A stretch of DNA of 41,236 nt from Nemertoderma westbladi (GCA_032718475.1 JAUCBJ010004264.1:1-41236); one strand, 5' to 3'. Positions 1 to 11,416 are shown, counted from the stretch's first letter. Made by a program: numbers and translations. Notes: a model not told the origin generated them from the letters alone.

Positions 1-70
1 AAATACATTATTTTCAATATCTAGACTGGTAGTCAAGGCATATGATTGATGTATATTGTTTAAAGTTTAA

Positions 71-1260
71 TTGTTTGCCCAAAGATATCTTTTGGATATC
101 TGTCCCAAGCTTTATGAAGATCTAAAGTTTGGAAATTTAGAAACTCTTGAAAAGTTTCATGTTCCTTACAGAAATCTGACAATTATTGAACCAGACTCAG
201 AGATAGAAAGGTTGTTATTAATTGCAATGTGTAGAGAAGCCTCAGTTAGTATACACTTACAGTGCAGCCGAGAGTATGACTTTGGAGAAGGTCAAACTAG
301 GGCAACACAACTGGATAAACTTACTCAAAATGAGATAACAGAATTACCAATTTGCTACTGTTGCTAAATATCATAACTACAAATTTAAGGCAAAGGGAAT
401 TAGAAATAATGTCATGCTACATGGTGTATCTATACTACTATCTATACTACCACAGTAAAAAAGACATCAACAAATCCAATCGTAAAAGCCTTGGAAGGGA
501 GGGACATGAAGCAGCAAGCCATAGTCATTCATAACCTAAAAGATAAGCTCCAGAAAGGAGAGGCAAGTAAAGCCTATACATTTCGGCTATTAGAGCAGTG
601 AAGAGTTGGGAAGGTCCTGTAACCTCTACAGAAGAACTTAACAGCATTCTGTCTAAAAAGCCCAAGCAATCAGGAAAAGATTATCAAAACTGAGCTTTGC
701 TACTATAGGAATACTCATCAGAGTGTATTAGAGAACGCTAATTCATTTATTAACTTATTAAATTCACTTATTCATGTAACTCATGACCAGAAATTGTAAT
801 TGTCAACTTGTCAAATTTGCAACAAATTCTATCAAATTATCCAAAGGAAATCTCCAGCAAAGTAAGAACCTTGGAAATTCCATCAAACAAACAAGCTTTA
901 AAGGTGCTGTAAACCAACTTTACCACAAGTGACACATTCAAACAAAGTCTAGTTGAACAAAGTCTACAACCGGAATATGTTGAACCTGTTATGCAGCCAA
1001 ATTATATGTGTGTCACACTTTTGACTGAAAACAATAAACGAGTGTGCTTCCTTGGATACTGCACATATGTGAAACATTCTGATAATAATTTGTACTGGTA
1101 TGTAGTAGACCATTTGATTATTTTCAATCTTTGATAATAATGTTAATTCTATGAAATTGTTTAAATGACCCCGGTATAAAGTTAGAGTTCTAAAGCCCAT
1201 GGAACAGTGGATACAGGAAAGCATTTTAAAAATCGATGTAGGAACATTCACTGTAGGTAT
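71..1260 (+). pseudogene. Degenerate, frameshifted ORF of unknown family, possibly derived from a DNA transposon
   Basis: Protein-like segments in shifting frames (MCREASVSIHLQCSREYDFGE..RATQL; VAKYHNYKFKAKGIRNN; SWEGPVTSTEELNSIL; EKIIKTELCYYRNTHQ) are broken by stops. No diagnostic catalytic motif could be assigned, and the boundaries are approximate. Confidence 0.3.
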
Positions 1261-1329
1261 ACTGTAGGTATGTATAATTCAACTGTGCAGTTCTGAGCGT
1301 CTAAGTTACTGAATTGGCAGTTTTCAAAA

Positions 1330-3060
1330 ATGGACGAGTTGGAGCTTCTCGGGTACATAAACTCTGAGCTGAAGATCCTTGCTTGTGCTTCCAAGAAGAT
1401 GGAGTATAGCAATGCGCGCGCCATTTATGGCAGCGACCTCGCAAACTACTTCATCATGAGCTATATCTTATAATACGTTGAACCATACCTTAACAACCTT
1501 AATTATGATGAGGTGGAGGTGGGCAGAAGGGCACCAGCGTGCTTAGATGCTAGACTGATATGTTGGGTGAGGTGCGCCTAGGCAAGGAGGGCATGATGCT
1601 GGACTATACCGACTTCAACCTACAACACTCTCTGGAGGTGCAAAGTATCGTGTTTGAGTGTATCGCTGAGTGATTCGAGCAGAATGGCGCGCATCCCAAC
1701 TTACCAAAGGCAGCACAGGCAGAGCGTTGGTGCGCCAAGGCGTTACTAACCAGTGTGTGCTCTTCCCAGGGCAAACCGAGCCCGTGCGCACGACTCAGGG
1801 CATGTTCAGTGGCATACGCGGCACCCAGGTGCTCAACACCCTGCTGAACATCGCGTACTTCTGTTCGAAGGCTGAGATAGTCGATGCCATCGTCCCTGGT
1901 ATGCAACTGGAGTTGTATTGGGCTCTATGGGGGGACAACATCTGGGCATCGATGCGCAGTTGCTTGTGGGCTATGGCCTATTATGCAGTCACACGCACAG
2001 TTGGCTTCTTCTTCACCAATGCCAAGCAGATTTACAGTGTACAGATGGGTGAGTTCTTGCGCATCCTGTATGACAAGGACGGGCTCACGGGTACCTGGCC
2101 CAGGCAGTAGCTGGGCTCATACTGCACCCTCTGCAGAAAGAGGAGAGTTATAACGTGCAAGCACGCCTGCAGGGTATTAACTCAAGTCCAGATGCTGGTG
2201 TGGAAGGCCTTAAATCCACACGCCACTGAAGTCATCTGGCATTCACTTAAGTGATATTGGCGTGACTGCCTTTCAAATCATACATGTGCCACTAGCCCCC
2301 TTAATGCGGCGACGTAGGGATGGGGGCTCGGACATTGGGCCACCCAGTACTGTAGCAGTGCCCAGCACCAGTCAGATACGTCCAATGCCATCGGCTATGG
2401 CTACGCCTGACGTATTTTTGTCCTTTAGCAAGCGCAATTCGACTACAGCGTGGATACAGCACGCTTCGAGTAAGATGAACTGTCAGTGGGACAGGGCCAA
2501 GATAGCCAACCAGTCAGTCTTAGTGACAGTTTGACGACTGAGGATTGCAACAAGGCTAGTAATCGCAATCTGGTGGATATAAGGAGATGGTTTAAACTGA
2601 TGAAGGACGACCACACAGCATGCAGACTACATCGACGTGTGCCCCTTGTCTCGTTTGGGGACGAGCAGACTCACACCAGTATAGACCTATTCAACAGCTT
2701 CTCGGCCCATTTCGGCGGATGATGCACTCACCATGGGCCACCAACGGCTTCGCGCGTCAGTGCATGACAATAGTGGCTGGTCACCACGCATGTGAGCGCA
2801 GCGGTGACGCAGGCGTGATGTGATGCGAGAAATCATGCGTGTAGTCACTTCTGGTCAACTCAAGTCATTGGTCAATGTGCCATACACGCCGCTATGAGCC
2901 AAGATACATAATAGCGAGCTCTCAAGGATCGACTCAACCTCAGGGAGAATGACCACTTGGTATGCGCTGTCAAGAGAGTGCGCATATCCAACTACACACG
3001 GGTATAGGGTTTTGTTTTACATGGATCAAGGGCTACTTAGCGAGTGCCATGGCCCTAGTG
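1330..3060 (+). pseudogene. Endogenous viral element: pseudogenised RNA-dependent RNA polymerase of a toti-like dsRNA virus (Ghabrivirales)
   Basis: Totivirus-type RdRp motifs occur in the correct order across frames: ACASKKMEYSNARAIYGSD (1381-1437); motif A DYTDFNLQHS (1602-1631); WCAKALL/NQCVLFPG; motif B GMFSGIRGTQVLNTLLNIAYF (1799-1861); motif C GDNIW (1931-1945, one transition from GDD); GEFLR (2048-2062); GYLAQAVAGLI (~2089-2121). The block is GC-richer than its flanks and has several stops and frameshifts. The 3' boundary is approximate. Confidence 0.88.
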
Positions 3061-3384
3061 ATGATTGAGTCGACTGGTAGAATTGGATCTATCCTCTGAA
3101 ATTTTAATGTTCAAGATTCTCAAGCTAGTAACCTCCGTCAAATTCCTTATGTTTGCCCAATTTGCAAAAAACCAACCAAAAACCAGTTTTGAGGTTCCAT
3201 GACCACTGCTGTAATTCCCACAATATTGATGATAAGTGTTCTAAGCCGTATGTCATTAGAAGGAAAACAAATTTATAATAAGAAACGGGAGGAATCTGGG
3301 AGATAGCAACGGTTTTTACCAGAAATATGGAAAGTCACGGTGGTCTTATGACAAAGAATCGGTGTAGAATGTGTGGATAACTTC

Positions 3385-3862
3385 TGTCATGAAGGAATCA
3401 TGCAATTTGTGACATTGTTGACTGAAACCCTCACATTGTCGAAAGAAATATTGTTGTCTCCAATAATCACCATATATTACGTATAGTATAATAAATAATA
3501 TAATAAATATCCTAAAATACAAGTATATCTTTCTGCACAAATTACTCACAGTACTCACAACCGTGAGTCTGTGCCAATATTGAAGACTGAGCTCAAAATT
3601 CCGGGTTTTCTCAAACTAAAATTTCTACATATCATTAAGCTGAATAGCACTGCTGATATACTGTATTTATCGCCTGACATTGTGTTACATCAAATTGTAC
3701 TGTATCTCATAAATTGTACTGAGCACCGGAATTGTTTGCCTTTAACTAATTATTGAAACAATAAACATGATAAATAATGATACACATGATAAATTGCACA
3801 TACATACTAAAAGCGGATATTGCCAATGAAGCCTACTCAAATTCTGATTACAATTTATGACA
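3385..3862 (-). repeat. 3' LTR of the BEL/Pao element
   Basis: Direct repeat of 9942-10419 with no difference seen by eye; TG...CA ends. Confidence 0.97.
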
Positions 3863-3872
3863 CTCCCCCTTG
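3863..3872 (-). promoter_or_regulatory. Polypurine tract
   Basis: The minus strand reads CAAGGGGGAG immediately before the 3' LTR start TGTCATAA. Confidence 0.85.
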
Positions 3873-3951
3873 TTAGTTGTAAAACTAACAACACGATAAA
3901 TTAAATTATAACCTCATCCATAATCTAAGTTGATGTTAATTTGCATAATAA

Positions 3952-6900
3952 CTACGGAATTTTTGTAATATTGGAGGCGTCATTAATTTCTAGAGGATAA
4001 ATTTGTCTAAGAGAGCGAACAAGAACTCTAGCTTGCTTTCCCCTAGGCACGAGTTTGATTTTTGCAGACCTTATTGATCCATCTCGAGACACAATAAGTT
4101 CTTGTATATAACATAATTTCCACATACAACGTGGAAGTGAGTCGCTGTGGAGAATACATACGTCTCCAACGCTAGGAATTGTTTGTGATTTTCGTGAAAC
4201 ATTGTTTTTGGTGTGCATGCTTCGTAATTCACGAAGGTAGTCTGCGCGCCAAAGGTAGGTAAAAGCATTGCTAGCTCGCTCTTGATATTTGGCTCTGTCA
4301 ATTAGAGCAGCTCTATTACTAGAGTTTGGGATTGGTAGAGTAATTTTGACTGATGGGTCAGGTAATGCACACAGTCTTTTACCGACAAGAAAATGACTAG
4401 GAGTTAAAGGCTGAATATCATCCTCTAACTGACTGTATACGTATGTAATGGGTCTACTGTTGACTGCTGCCTCTACCGATAGGAGGACACTGTGAAGTTC
4501 TTCTAAGGAAAGAATTGCACGGCCTATAGACTTGCGAAAGCAATTTTTCATCGTACCTACTACACGTTCAATGAACCCGAATGCTTGCGGGTTGCGTGCA
4601 ATATTCTTTTCCCATTTTATATTGTATTCCCCGAATAAGCGCACTACTTCGGGGTCACTCAAAAATGTTTGATATATTTTTAACTCTTTTGCAGAACATT
4701 TAAAGTTAGTACCGTTATCGCTATATATTATTTGTGGAACACCTCTCCTGGCAATAAATCTTTTAAATGAATTTATGAATGCACTCGCCATAAGAGAACC
4801 TACCAGTTCCAGATGAACCGCTCTCACAGTTGCACAAGTAAACAAACATATCCATTGCTTGCCTGTAACTGGTATAGCATCTGTAGTTTTAGCCACAGCT
4901 GTTATAGGCCCTGCAAAATCTATGCCAACAGCGCTAAAGGGTCCGAGAGTATCAACAGTTCTTGGTTCAGGTAAAGGGCCAATCTTGGGCATATCAAATG
5001 GCTTGCCTTGTATTCGCTTGCAAGGTCCACACGAGCTTATTACTTGCTTAATAACTCGTCGACCTGAGGGAATCCAAAATCGTTCCCTAACTTGAACTAA
5101 GGTATCTCTTACTCTGGAATGCGCAACAATCTCATGAGCACGTAATATTACAAGTCGTGTGTAATGACCTTTTGGTGGTAATAGAATTGGATTTTGTGTG
5201 TGGGTAGGAATAAATTCATTTACTACTCTACCTGAACAAATAATTAAACCTGACTTACTAAGTCTTAAGTTTAATTGTTTGACTATACTTGGACAAGTTA
5301 CTGATTTTCCTTGTAAATACTCTATTACACTTGGGTAACTAGTTTGTTGCTCTGCTTCAATAACTCGTCTCTCGGCTTCGCCAAGCTCACTAGCTGAGAC
5401 ATAGTTAAGAAACAGTGCTGAATCAGTCTTGCGTTTTGGTGCTTGCAGGTTACTAATGAATCTTAAGACCCAAGCTAGAGTCCGTAGTAGATGTCTTTTC
5501 GTACTGTAGTCTGTTATATTGATTACATTGTTTAATGCTGACAATGGTGTACTAACAGAAACGGCGATTACTGGTCCAGACTTTATTTCATTGAGACATT
5601 CTTGTGACACTTGTGTTTCAACAATAACTTGTGATGGTGGCCAGTCATCATCCCCCCCTGAAAGAAAGTCTGGACCCTGGAACCACAATTTATTGTTTAC
5701 CAATTGGGCAGCTGTTGTTATCCGAGTAGCTACGTCCGCCGGATTTTGTTTACCTGGACAATGCCGCCAAATTGCTCCTAAATTAGATGCAATTTGTCGC
5801 ATTTCCTTTACTCGGTTTTGCACGAATTGTTTCTCTGATGTATTGGGTATTGCAAGCCAATACAAAACATCTAAAGCATCTGTCCAACAGAATATCCTAG
5901 AGATACTTTTCCTTATATTTGCGGGGAGTGAATTTGATACAAACAATATAAGTCTTGATCCAACTAATCCGCCTAATAACTCAAGCCGTGGTATAGAAGG
6001 ATCTTGCTGTGGCGCTATTTTTGACTTGCTGGTTAATAAATGAGTTGTAACTGAATCATCAATGTTCATAATGCGAATGTAAACAGCTGCTGCATATATG
6101 TTTTTACTTGCATCAGAAAACATATGCAACTCATATTTGTTTGGATTAATAGGACTAAAAATACACCTTGGAACTACTATTTGATTTAATATTTCTAATC
6201 CTTCTATCCAGTGTGGCCATTGTTCTAAGTAGGGATGCGGCAAAGGAGCATCCCATTTAACCTCCGTCTGAGACAATTTTCGATACGCTATTTTCAGAGC
6301 AACTGAAAATGGCGATATTAGACCTAAAGGGTCATATATCCGTGCAGTAATTTGCAATAGAGATTTCTTTGTTGGAGTCAAAGTATCTGCGAATTGTTTT
6401 AAATGAGTGAGGTTATAACCCAACATATCTGAGCTACGATCCCACAACTGTCCTAATATCCTGGTAATTGTTCCGTTCTCACAATGATTTATGTTTGATG
6501 AGCCTGTCGACTCCTTTGCATAAGTCTGGTCTTCCTCGTGTACAATGGGAACCATGTTGGTATCCAATGACACAATTTGTTGCTTTTCTAATTTGTCTAT
6601 TTGTTCTTGTAATATTTGGGAATTTGTTAACCATTTTCTTAACTCAAATCCACCGGATAACATAATACGCTTAGCGTTTTCATAAAATAGAAAACCAGAC
6701 TTTATGCACTGAGCCCCGGATATCAAATCGTCTACGTAGATGTCATCTTTCAATTTTCCTAATGCCTCTTTTTCAGATTCTAAACTTGCTAAATCCAAAT
6801 TTTCAGCTTCATTGGCTTTTTCTAATTTAGAATCTAAATGTATAGCAATTATTTTGCACAAAATATGCGGACTTGTTGTTAGGCCAAACATGGCACGCGT

Positions 6901-9672
6901 ATAGCGATATGCTTTAATATTTGGGTTAGAACAATTTACCTCATTTATGTCCTTGACCCATAGAAATCTAAGCATATCTCTATCAGATTTGTCTATGACA
7001 CATTGCATAAATGCAGCTTTTATGTCTGCTACAATTGCAATACGGTGAAATCGAAAACCCATTAACACTTTTGCCAATGATGGCAATAGATTTGCACCTT
7101 TATATATAAGGTCATTTAAGGAAGCACCTAGTTTAGTGTCTATGGCACTTGCGTTAAAAACAACCCTGAGTTTCGTCGTTGCCTTGTCCTCCCGAAGTAC
7201 ACCATGGTGAGGTACATAGTGTGTCGGTGCATCGGTTGCTACTGTGTGATCAACTTCCTCAATATACCCGTTCCTTTTGTGTTCCATGATCACATCATTG
7301 TAACTTTGTAGAAGGCCCGATTTTGTCAACCTTCTCAACAGCGATTGAAGCTGGACGTAACACCGAGTATAGTGGTCTGGTAACAACTTTGGGCTCATCT
7401 TCCATGGAAGTTTAACCATGTATAATCCATCTCGGAAAATTACTTCGGAGATTACATCATTGGAGTCATCTTCATTTGGGATTATTCCCAAAGATTCTAA
7501 TGACCAGAACGATTTTAGAAGCATTATCAATTGTGATTCTGACGATTTGTCAGAGTTTTCTAATTTATTTCCTATTGAGCTTGCTTGTACTAAAAGGTTT
7601 GCTGCTTGTTTTGGATTTAGGTTTGTATCTCTTATTACTAGCGTATCATTAAATTGTTCTGTGTTGGATGGTCCAGATAGCAACCAGCCAACTCTGCTAT
7701 CTATGGCAATTGGCTCTGAATCTTCTCCACGAATTATTGTTCCCGAGACCAAGGACCAATACTGATCTACACCTATTAATAATTCAATATTAAATAGATC
7801 TCGATGTGACATGGTTGAATCAGCCAAATCTAATTCCTGGAGGGTTTTGCTTGACTTAATTACTGACTCTGGTACATTGTTAGTAATTGGACCACATATT
7901 ATGTCAGTAACTCTCGCTGTGAGTGTTCCAATTTCTCCATTGCGTAATTGTAATTTAATATTCACCACGTCATAGCATTCTGATGTTGGTTTCTCGCTGC
8001 CAAAGCCATGAACTTGCAGTTGGTCTACACCAATAACTGGAAGCTGGTATTTCTCAGCAATTGCACGTAATATAAATGTGCGTTGAGCACCGGGGTCAAA
8101 TAATGTGTTGATATTAAAAGACCCCCCATTATAATTGAAGGCATTAATAGTAGCAGTCTGGAGTGAGTAATTCATGGACGATTCTTTATAGCAAGGTGCA
8201 ACCAAAGACGTGGAAGTCCCATTTGTGTTGGTGGCAGACACAACGGATGGCTGTGTGCTTACGTTTGGAGTAGACTTCACTAAAAGAGATCCCGCTGCTC
8301 CAGGTGATCTGGAATATTGTGTTAATTTACGTTGATTTGGACAAATCGCAGTGTTGTGTGCTGTGCTATTGCAATTTTTGCATGGCCTGTAATATGTGCA
8401 CTGCGATGCTGTATGTCCTCCATTCATACACCTATAGCATTTCCCTTTTTCACTTAAAATTTCGCGTCTCCTGGCAGCGTCTATGACAACATGGCAAGCA
8501 GATGAATAGTGGACCTGCCCACAGAAATGACAGGTTGGAATAGGGCGTATGGAAGTGAGAGTATTTGAATGTCCTTGCAATTGCGAGTTTTGTTTAAAAC
8601 TACCACCTTGTTTTGGTACAGTCGTTACTGCCAGAGATGCGGCTGAAGGTGGACAAAAAGGTTTGCTTTTGCTCACAGGTGAATAATTTAATTGCACTGA
8701 CGGCTTTTCCTCGCAAATAATTAATGGCTTAACCGTGTTAGCAAAGATTTCCTCTGCGTCAATGTACTCTTTGATGTGCTGCAGCAACCATTCTAAATCA
8801 TCTACCGCGCCCTTGTTTCTCCTAATAATTTGTAGTGCAGTTGCCTTTGGTAGTGCAGCAATCACATCGGGAATTACTACTCTTTGATATTCGTTCATAT
8901 TTACATTCATTGCCAACAATGCCCGAGAATGTGTCCTGCCATGGTCATATATTTCTCTTATGGTCCTTTTACTTTTTCCTATCAAACGTAATTGTTCGAT
9001 GTGTGCTGCAATTATTTGCGTTTTGTTTCCAAATCGCTCTTCCAGCAATCTCAATGCCACTGTGTAATTTGGTCCATTAACTGACAACCCACCGATCGCT
9101 TTAAGAGCATCTCCCTTCAAGCTTTGCTGTAAGTATTGAAATTTATTGACATCTGGCACTTGGGCATCGTCTACGCTGTTCAAGAACGCATCATGCCATC
9201 CTGAATATTCTAACAGGTTTCCGTCAAAACACGGTGGTTTAAGTTTTGGTAATATAGATCTAGCAAGCATTTTACTTTCAGTTTGAGACTGTAACATAGT
9301 TAAATGGGTTGAATCGAAATTTGGTACATTCATTGTATGATCAGTTATGCTTTGTGGGGGTATTAAATTTTGACTGTGTTCGACTTCAATTAATTCTCGT
9401 AACTGAGAAATTGCATTGTCAATTTTTACTTGATACTCATCTGATGATTGTAAGTCGTCTTTCAGTTCTGTGTCCGTGAACAACGCTCCTAGGTCGCAAT
9501 CCATTGTGAGAATCCGATCACGCAAGTTGACGAGTTTATCGATCGCTGTTTGTCGTTTGCTTAGGGTATCCTGTTCCGCAATCAAATTCACAGTTCTTGA
9601 GATATGACAGCGAATCACCTTTCGTCTTCCCTTCAACATCGTTATTTGGGTGACTCGGTCGTCCATGTTCAT
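3952..9672 (-). CDS. BEL/Pao Gag-Pol polyprotein, 1906 aa, uninterrupted
   Basis: Gag DUF1759-like LPKLKPPCFDGNLLEY; three zinc knuckles (CHFC..H..C, CYRC..H..C, CKNC..H..C); protease LFDPGAQ; RT ADIKAAF and YVDDL; RNase H FSDAS and IPRLEL; integrase HHCC, GIDFAGP, SDNG and ERVV. Domain order is PR-RT-RH-IN. Confidence 0.97.
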   Translation of the reverse strand: MNMDDRVTQITMLKGRRKVIRCHISRTVNLIAEQDTLSKRQTAIDKLVNLRDRILTMDCDLGALFTDTELKDDLQSSDEYQVKIDNAISQLRELIEVEHSQNLIPPQSITDHTMNVPNFDSTHLTMLQSQTESKMLARSILPKLKPPCFDGNLLEYSGWHDAFLNSVDDAQVPDVNKFQYLQQSLKGDALKAIGGLSVNGPNYTVALRLLEERFGNKTQIIAAHIEQLRLIGKSKRTIREIYDHGRTHSRALLAMNVNMNEYQRVVIPDVIAALPKATALQIIRRNKGAVDDLEWLLQHIKEYIDAEEIFANTVKPLIICEEKPSVQLNYSPVSKSKPFCPPSAASLAVTTVPKQGGSFKQNSQLQGHSNTLTSIRPIPTCHFCGQVHYSSACHVVIDAARRREILSEKGKCYRCMNGGHTASQCTYYRPCKNCNSTAHNTAICPNQRKLTQYSRSPGAAGSLLVKSTPNVSTQPSVVSATNTNGTSTSLVAPCYKESSMNYSLQTATINAFNYNGGSFNINTLFDPGAQRTFILRAIAEKYQLPVIGVDQLQVHGFGSEKPTSECYDVVNIKLQLRNGEIGTLTARVTDIICGPITNNVPESVIKSSKTLQELDLADSTMSHRDLFNIELLIGVDQYWSLVSGTIIRGEDSEPIAIDSRVGWLLSGPSNTEQFNDTLVIRDTNLNPKQAANLLVQASSIGNKLENSDKSSESQLIMLLKSFWSLESLGIIPNEDDSNDVISEVIFRDGLYMVKLPWKMSPKLLPDHYTRCYVQLQSLLRRLTKSGLLQSYNDVIMEHKRNGYIEEVDHTVATDAPTHYVPHHGVLREDKATTKLRVVFNASAIDTKLGASLNDLIYKGANLLPSLAKVLMGFRFHRIAIVADIKAAFMQCVIDKSDRDMLRFLWVKDINEVNCSNPNIKAYRYTRAMFGLTTSPHILCKIIAIHLDSKLEKANEAENLDLASLESEKEALGKLKDDIYVDDLISGAQCIKSGFLFYENAKRIMLSGGFELRKWLTNSQILQEQIDKLEKQQIVSLDTNMVPIVHEEDQTYAKESTGSSNINHCENGTITRILGQLWDRSSDMLGYNLTHLKQFADTLTPTKKSLLQITARIYDPLGLISPFSVALKIAYRKLSQTEVKWDAPLPHPYLEQWPHWIEGLEILNQIVVPRCIFSPINPNKYELHMFSDASKNIYAAAVYIRIMNIDDSVTTHLLTSKSKIAPQQDPSIPRLELLGGLVGSRLILFVSNSLPANIRKSISRIFCWTDALDVLYWLAIPNTSEKQFVQNRVKEMRQIASNLGAIWRHCPGKQNPADVATRITTAAQLVNNKLWFQGPDFLSGGDDDWPPSQVIVETQVSQECLNEIKSGPVIAVSVSTPLSALNNVINITDYSTKRHLLRTLAWVLRFISNLQAPKRKTDSALFLNYVSASELGEAERRVIEAEQQTSYPSVIEYLQGKSVTCPSIVKQLNLRLSKSGLIICSGRVVNEFIPTHTQNPILLPPKGHYTRLVILRAHEIVAHSRVRDTLVQVRERFWIPSGRRVIKQVISSCGPCKRIQGKPFDMPKIGPLPEPRTVDTLGPFSAVGIDFAGPITAVAKTTDAIPVTGKQWICLFTCATVRAVHLELVGSLMASAFINSFKRFIARRGVPQIIYSDNGTNFKCSAKELKIYQTFLSDPEVVRLFGEYNIKWEKNIARNPQAFGFIERVVGTMKNCFRKSIGRAILSLEELHSVLLSVEAAVNSRPITYVYSQLEDDIQPLTPSHFLVGKRLCALPDPSVKITLPIPNSSNRAALIDRAKYQERASNAFTYLWRADYLRELRSMHTKNNVSRKSQTIPSVGDVCILHSDSLPRCMWKLCYIQELIVSRDGSIRSAKIKLVPRGKQARVLVRSLRQIYPLEINDASNITKIP

Positions 9673-9931
9673 CTGTTCTGAATCGCCAGGCGTTGATGAC
9701 CTATAAAATTTACGGACGCAGCAGAAACGTTGTTTGGACTTGGGCCACCGGTAAATTCTAAGCTACCAGTGTTTAATTAACTAAACAGGTAGTTTAATAT
9801 AGACGTGTTGTTTGGAGATTATTGTATAACTTCCGATTTTCTTTCCAAGATTGTGTAACTGTTTTAAACAGCATTATTGACTTACCATTAATATTTTCTT
9901 CATTGTTTTGAAGGCTTCCTTGCGATTTTTA

Positions 9932-9941
9932 TCGGGCGCCA
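9932..9941 (-). promoter_or_regulatory. Primer binding site, tRNA-Lys(UUU)-like
   Basis: The minus strand reads TGGCGCCCGA directly after the 5' LTR, equal to the first 10 nt of the canonical tRNA-Lys3 PBS. Confidence 0.8.
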
Positions 9942-10419
9942 TGTCATGAAGGAATCATGCAATTTGTGACATTGTTGACTGAAACCCTCACATTGTCGAA
10001 AGAAATATTGTTGTCTCCAATAATCACCATATATTACGTATAGTATAATAAATAATATAATAAATATCCTAAAATACAAGTATATCTTTCTGCACAAATT
10101 ACTCACAGTACTCACAACCGTGAGTCTGTGCCAATATTGAAGACTGAGCTCAAAATTCCGGGTTTTCTCAAACTAAAATTTCTACATATCATTAAGCTGA
10201 ATAGCACTGCTGATATACTGTATTTATCGCCTGACATTGTGTTACATCAAATTGTACTGTATCTCATAAATTGTACTGAGCACCGGAATTGTTTGCCTTT
10301 AACTAATTATTGAAACAATAAACATGATAAATAATGATACACATGATAAATTGCACATACATACTAAAAGCGGATATTGCCAATGAAGCCTACTCAAATT
10401 CTGATTACAATTTATGACA
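9942..10419 (-). repeat. 5' LTR of the BEL/Pao element
   Basis: Direct repeat of 3385-3862. Confidence 0.97.
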
Positions 10420-10585
10420 ACTTCACAACTCTCCCAAGGATTGGCAATTCGACAGCCCATGGGTTGGCTGTGAGAATCGCAGTCGCCGCTATTGGCTTCA
10501 CTTGAAATGCACTGGGTTTTACTCAATGAGTGAAGCCAGTGCAGAAACTGAAACTTTCTATTGCAGTTTGCATATGCCAAAATAA
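10420..10585 (+). pseudogene. C-terminal half of a PHD-finger-like ORF split by the BEL insertion; the N-terminal half ends at 3384
   Basis: Removing the BEL element and one TSD gives in-frame CRMCG*LHNSPKDWQFDSPWVGCENRSRRYWLHLKCTG...FYCSLHMPK*. Confidence 0.6.
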
Positions 10586-11227
10586 ACTACAAGGGATAAG
10601 AGGGTTGGAAAAAAGAATAATTAACTGAGTTGAGTAGCATTTGGCGCAGTTGGTTAATAACTCATATTATTTGATTAAGTAATAATATTGTTGTATATTA
10701 AATAAAGATTTTAAGATTTAACGATTAAAGTTAACCTGTATTTCAATTTTTATTAAATACCAATATACAGTAATAATACCAATAACTATCTAACAGTTAC
10801 AGGGGTACGTCCAGGACTTCTATAAAGGGGGGGGGGGGGGGGGGCTCAAATATTCTTCTATGTTTCCATAAGATTGACTATATACTGGTAGCAACAATGT
10901 ACAACAATGTAAATATCAATAGAAACCAAAGAATAAAACAAGCTGGTAACATTACGATTACTGCTACCTCACGGAAATTGAAAACGGAAACTACAAAAAG
11001 GCAGAAAGCCAACACTATTCCACCGATAGCTCCCGAATCTCCTCAATATTTTCAAGAATGACACTACTTGATGCTTTCAATTACCCAAAGCCTTGATGCA
11101 CACCTTCAGCATACTTCACCATATGAAATTTTTTTTTTAATATATGAAATATGAAATAACATATGACATATATATATATATTTAACATATGAAATAGATC
11201 AAAAATATTATTATTTAATATATAATA

Positions 11228-11416
11228 TGGCAAGCGGTCTGAATCGCAGGCCTACCTGTGTGCCATTGTAATACTATTGGCCTTGAAGATGCGGATGATC
11301 TAGCAAATGTCATGGGTGAGAGGGAGTTGTGGCGGTGCAATTTTGTCGATAAGCCGGCACAGCATTCTTAAAAATGCAGCTGCAATGCACCATGCCGATC
11401 CTAGTAGTAGTAGTAG
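11228..11416 (+). mobile_element. Short 3' fragment of an RTE-like LINE
   Basis: TIGLEDADDLANVMGERELWR resembles RTE ORF C-termini and is followed by a (TAG)5 tail at 11402-11416. Confidence 0.45.

Larger units (their letters stand above)
3385..10419 (-). mobile_element. Full-length BEL/Pao LTR retrotransposon (7035 bp)
   Basis: Two 478-bp LTRs with TGTCAT...ATGACA ends, a 5-bp TSD ACTTC (3380-3384 and 10420-10424), PBS, PPT and a single gag-pol ORF. Confidence 0.97.

Noticed and set aside
3346-3756. Short ORFs duplicated at 9900-10313
   Set aside because: They are chance frames within the LTRs.
1330-10419. EVE captured by, or chimeric with, the adjacent BEL element
   Set aside because: The BEL element has a perfect TSD and lies ~300 bp away inside a different remnant. 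It is much younger than the decayed EVE.
10800-10850. Poly-G tracts (also ~12980, 20030, 28225, 38092; poly-C at 40886) as regulatory G-quadruplexes
   Set aside because: These are homopolymers common in such repeats, their length is unreliable, and nothing else supports a function.
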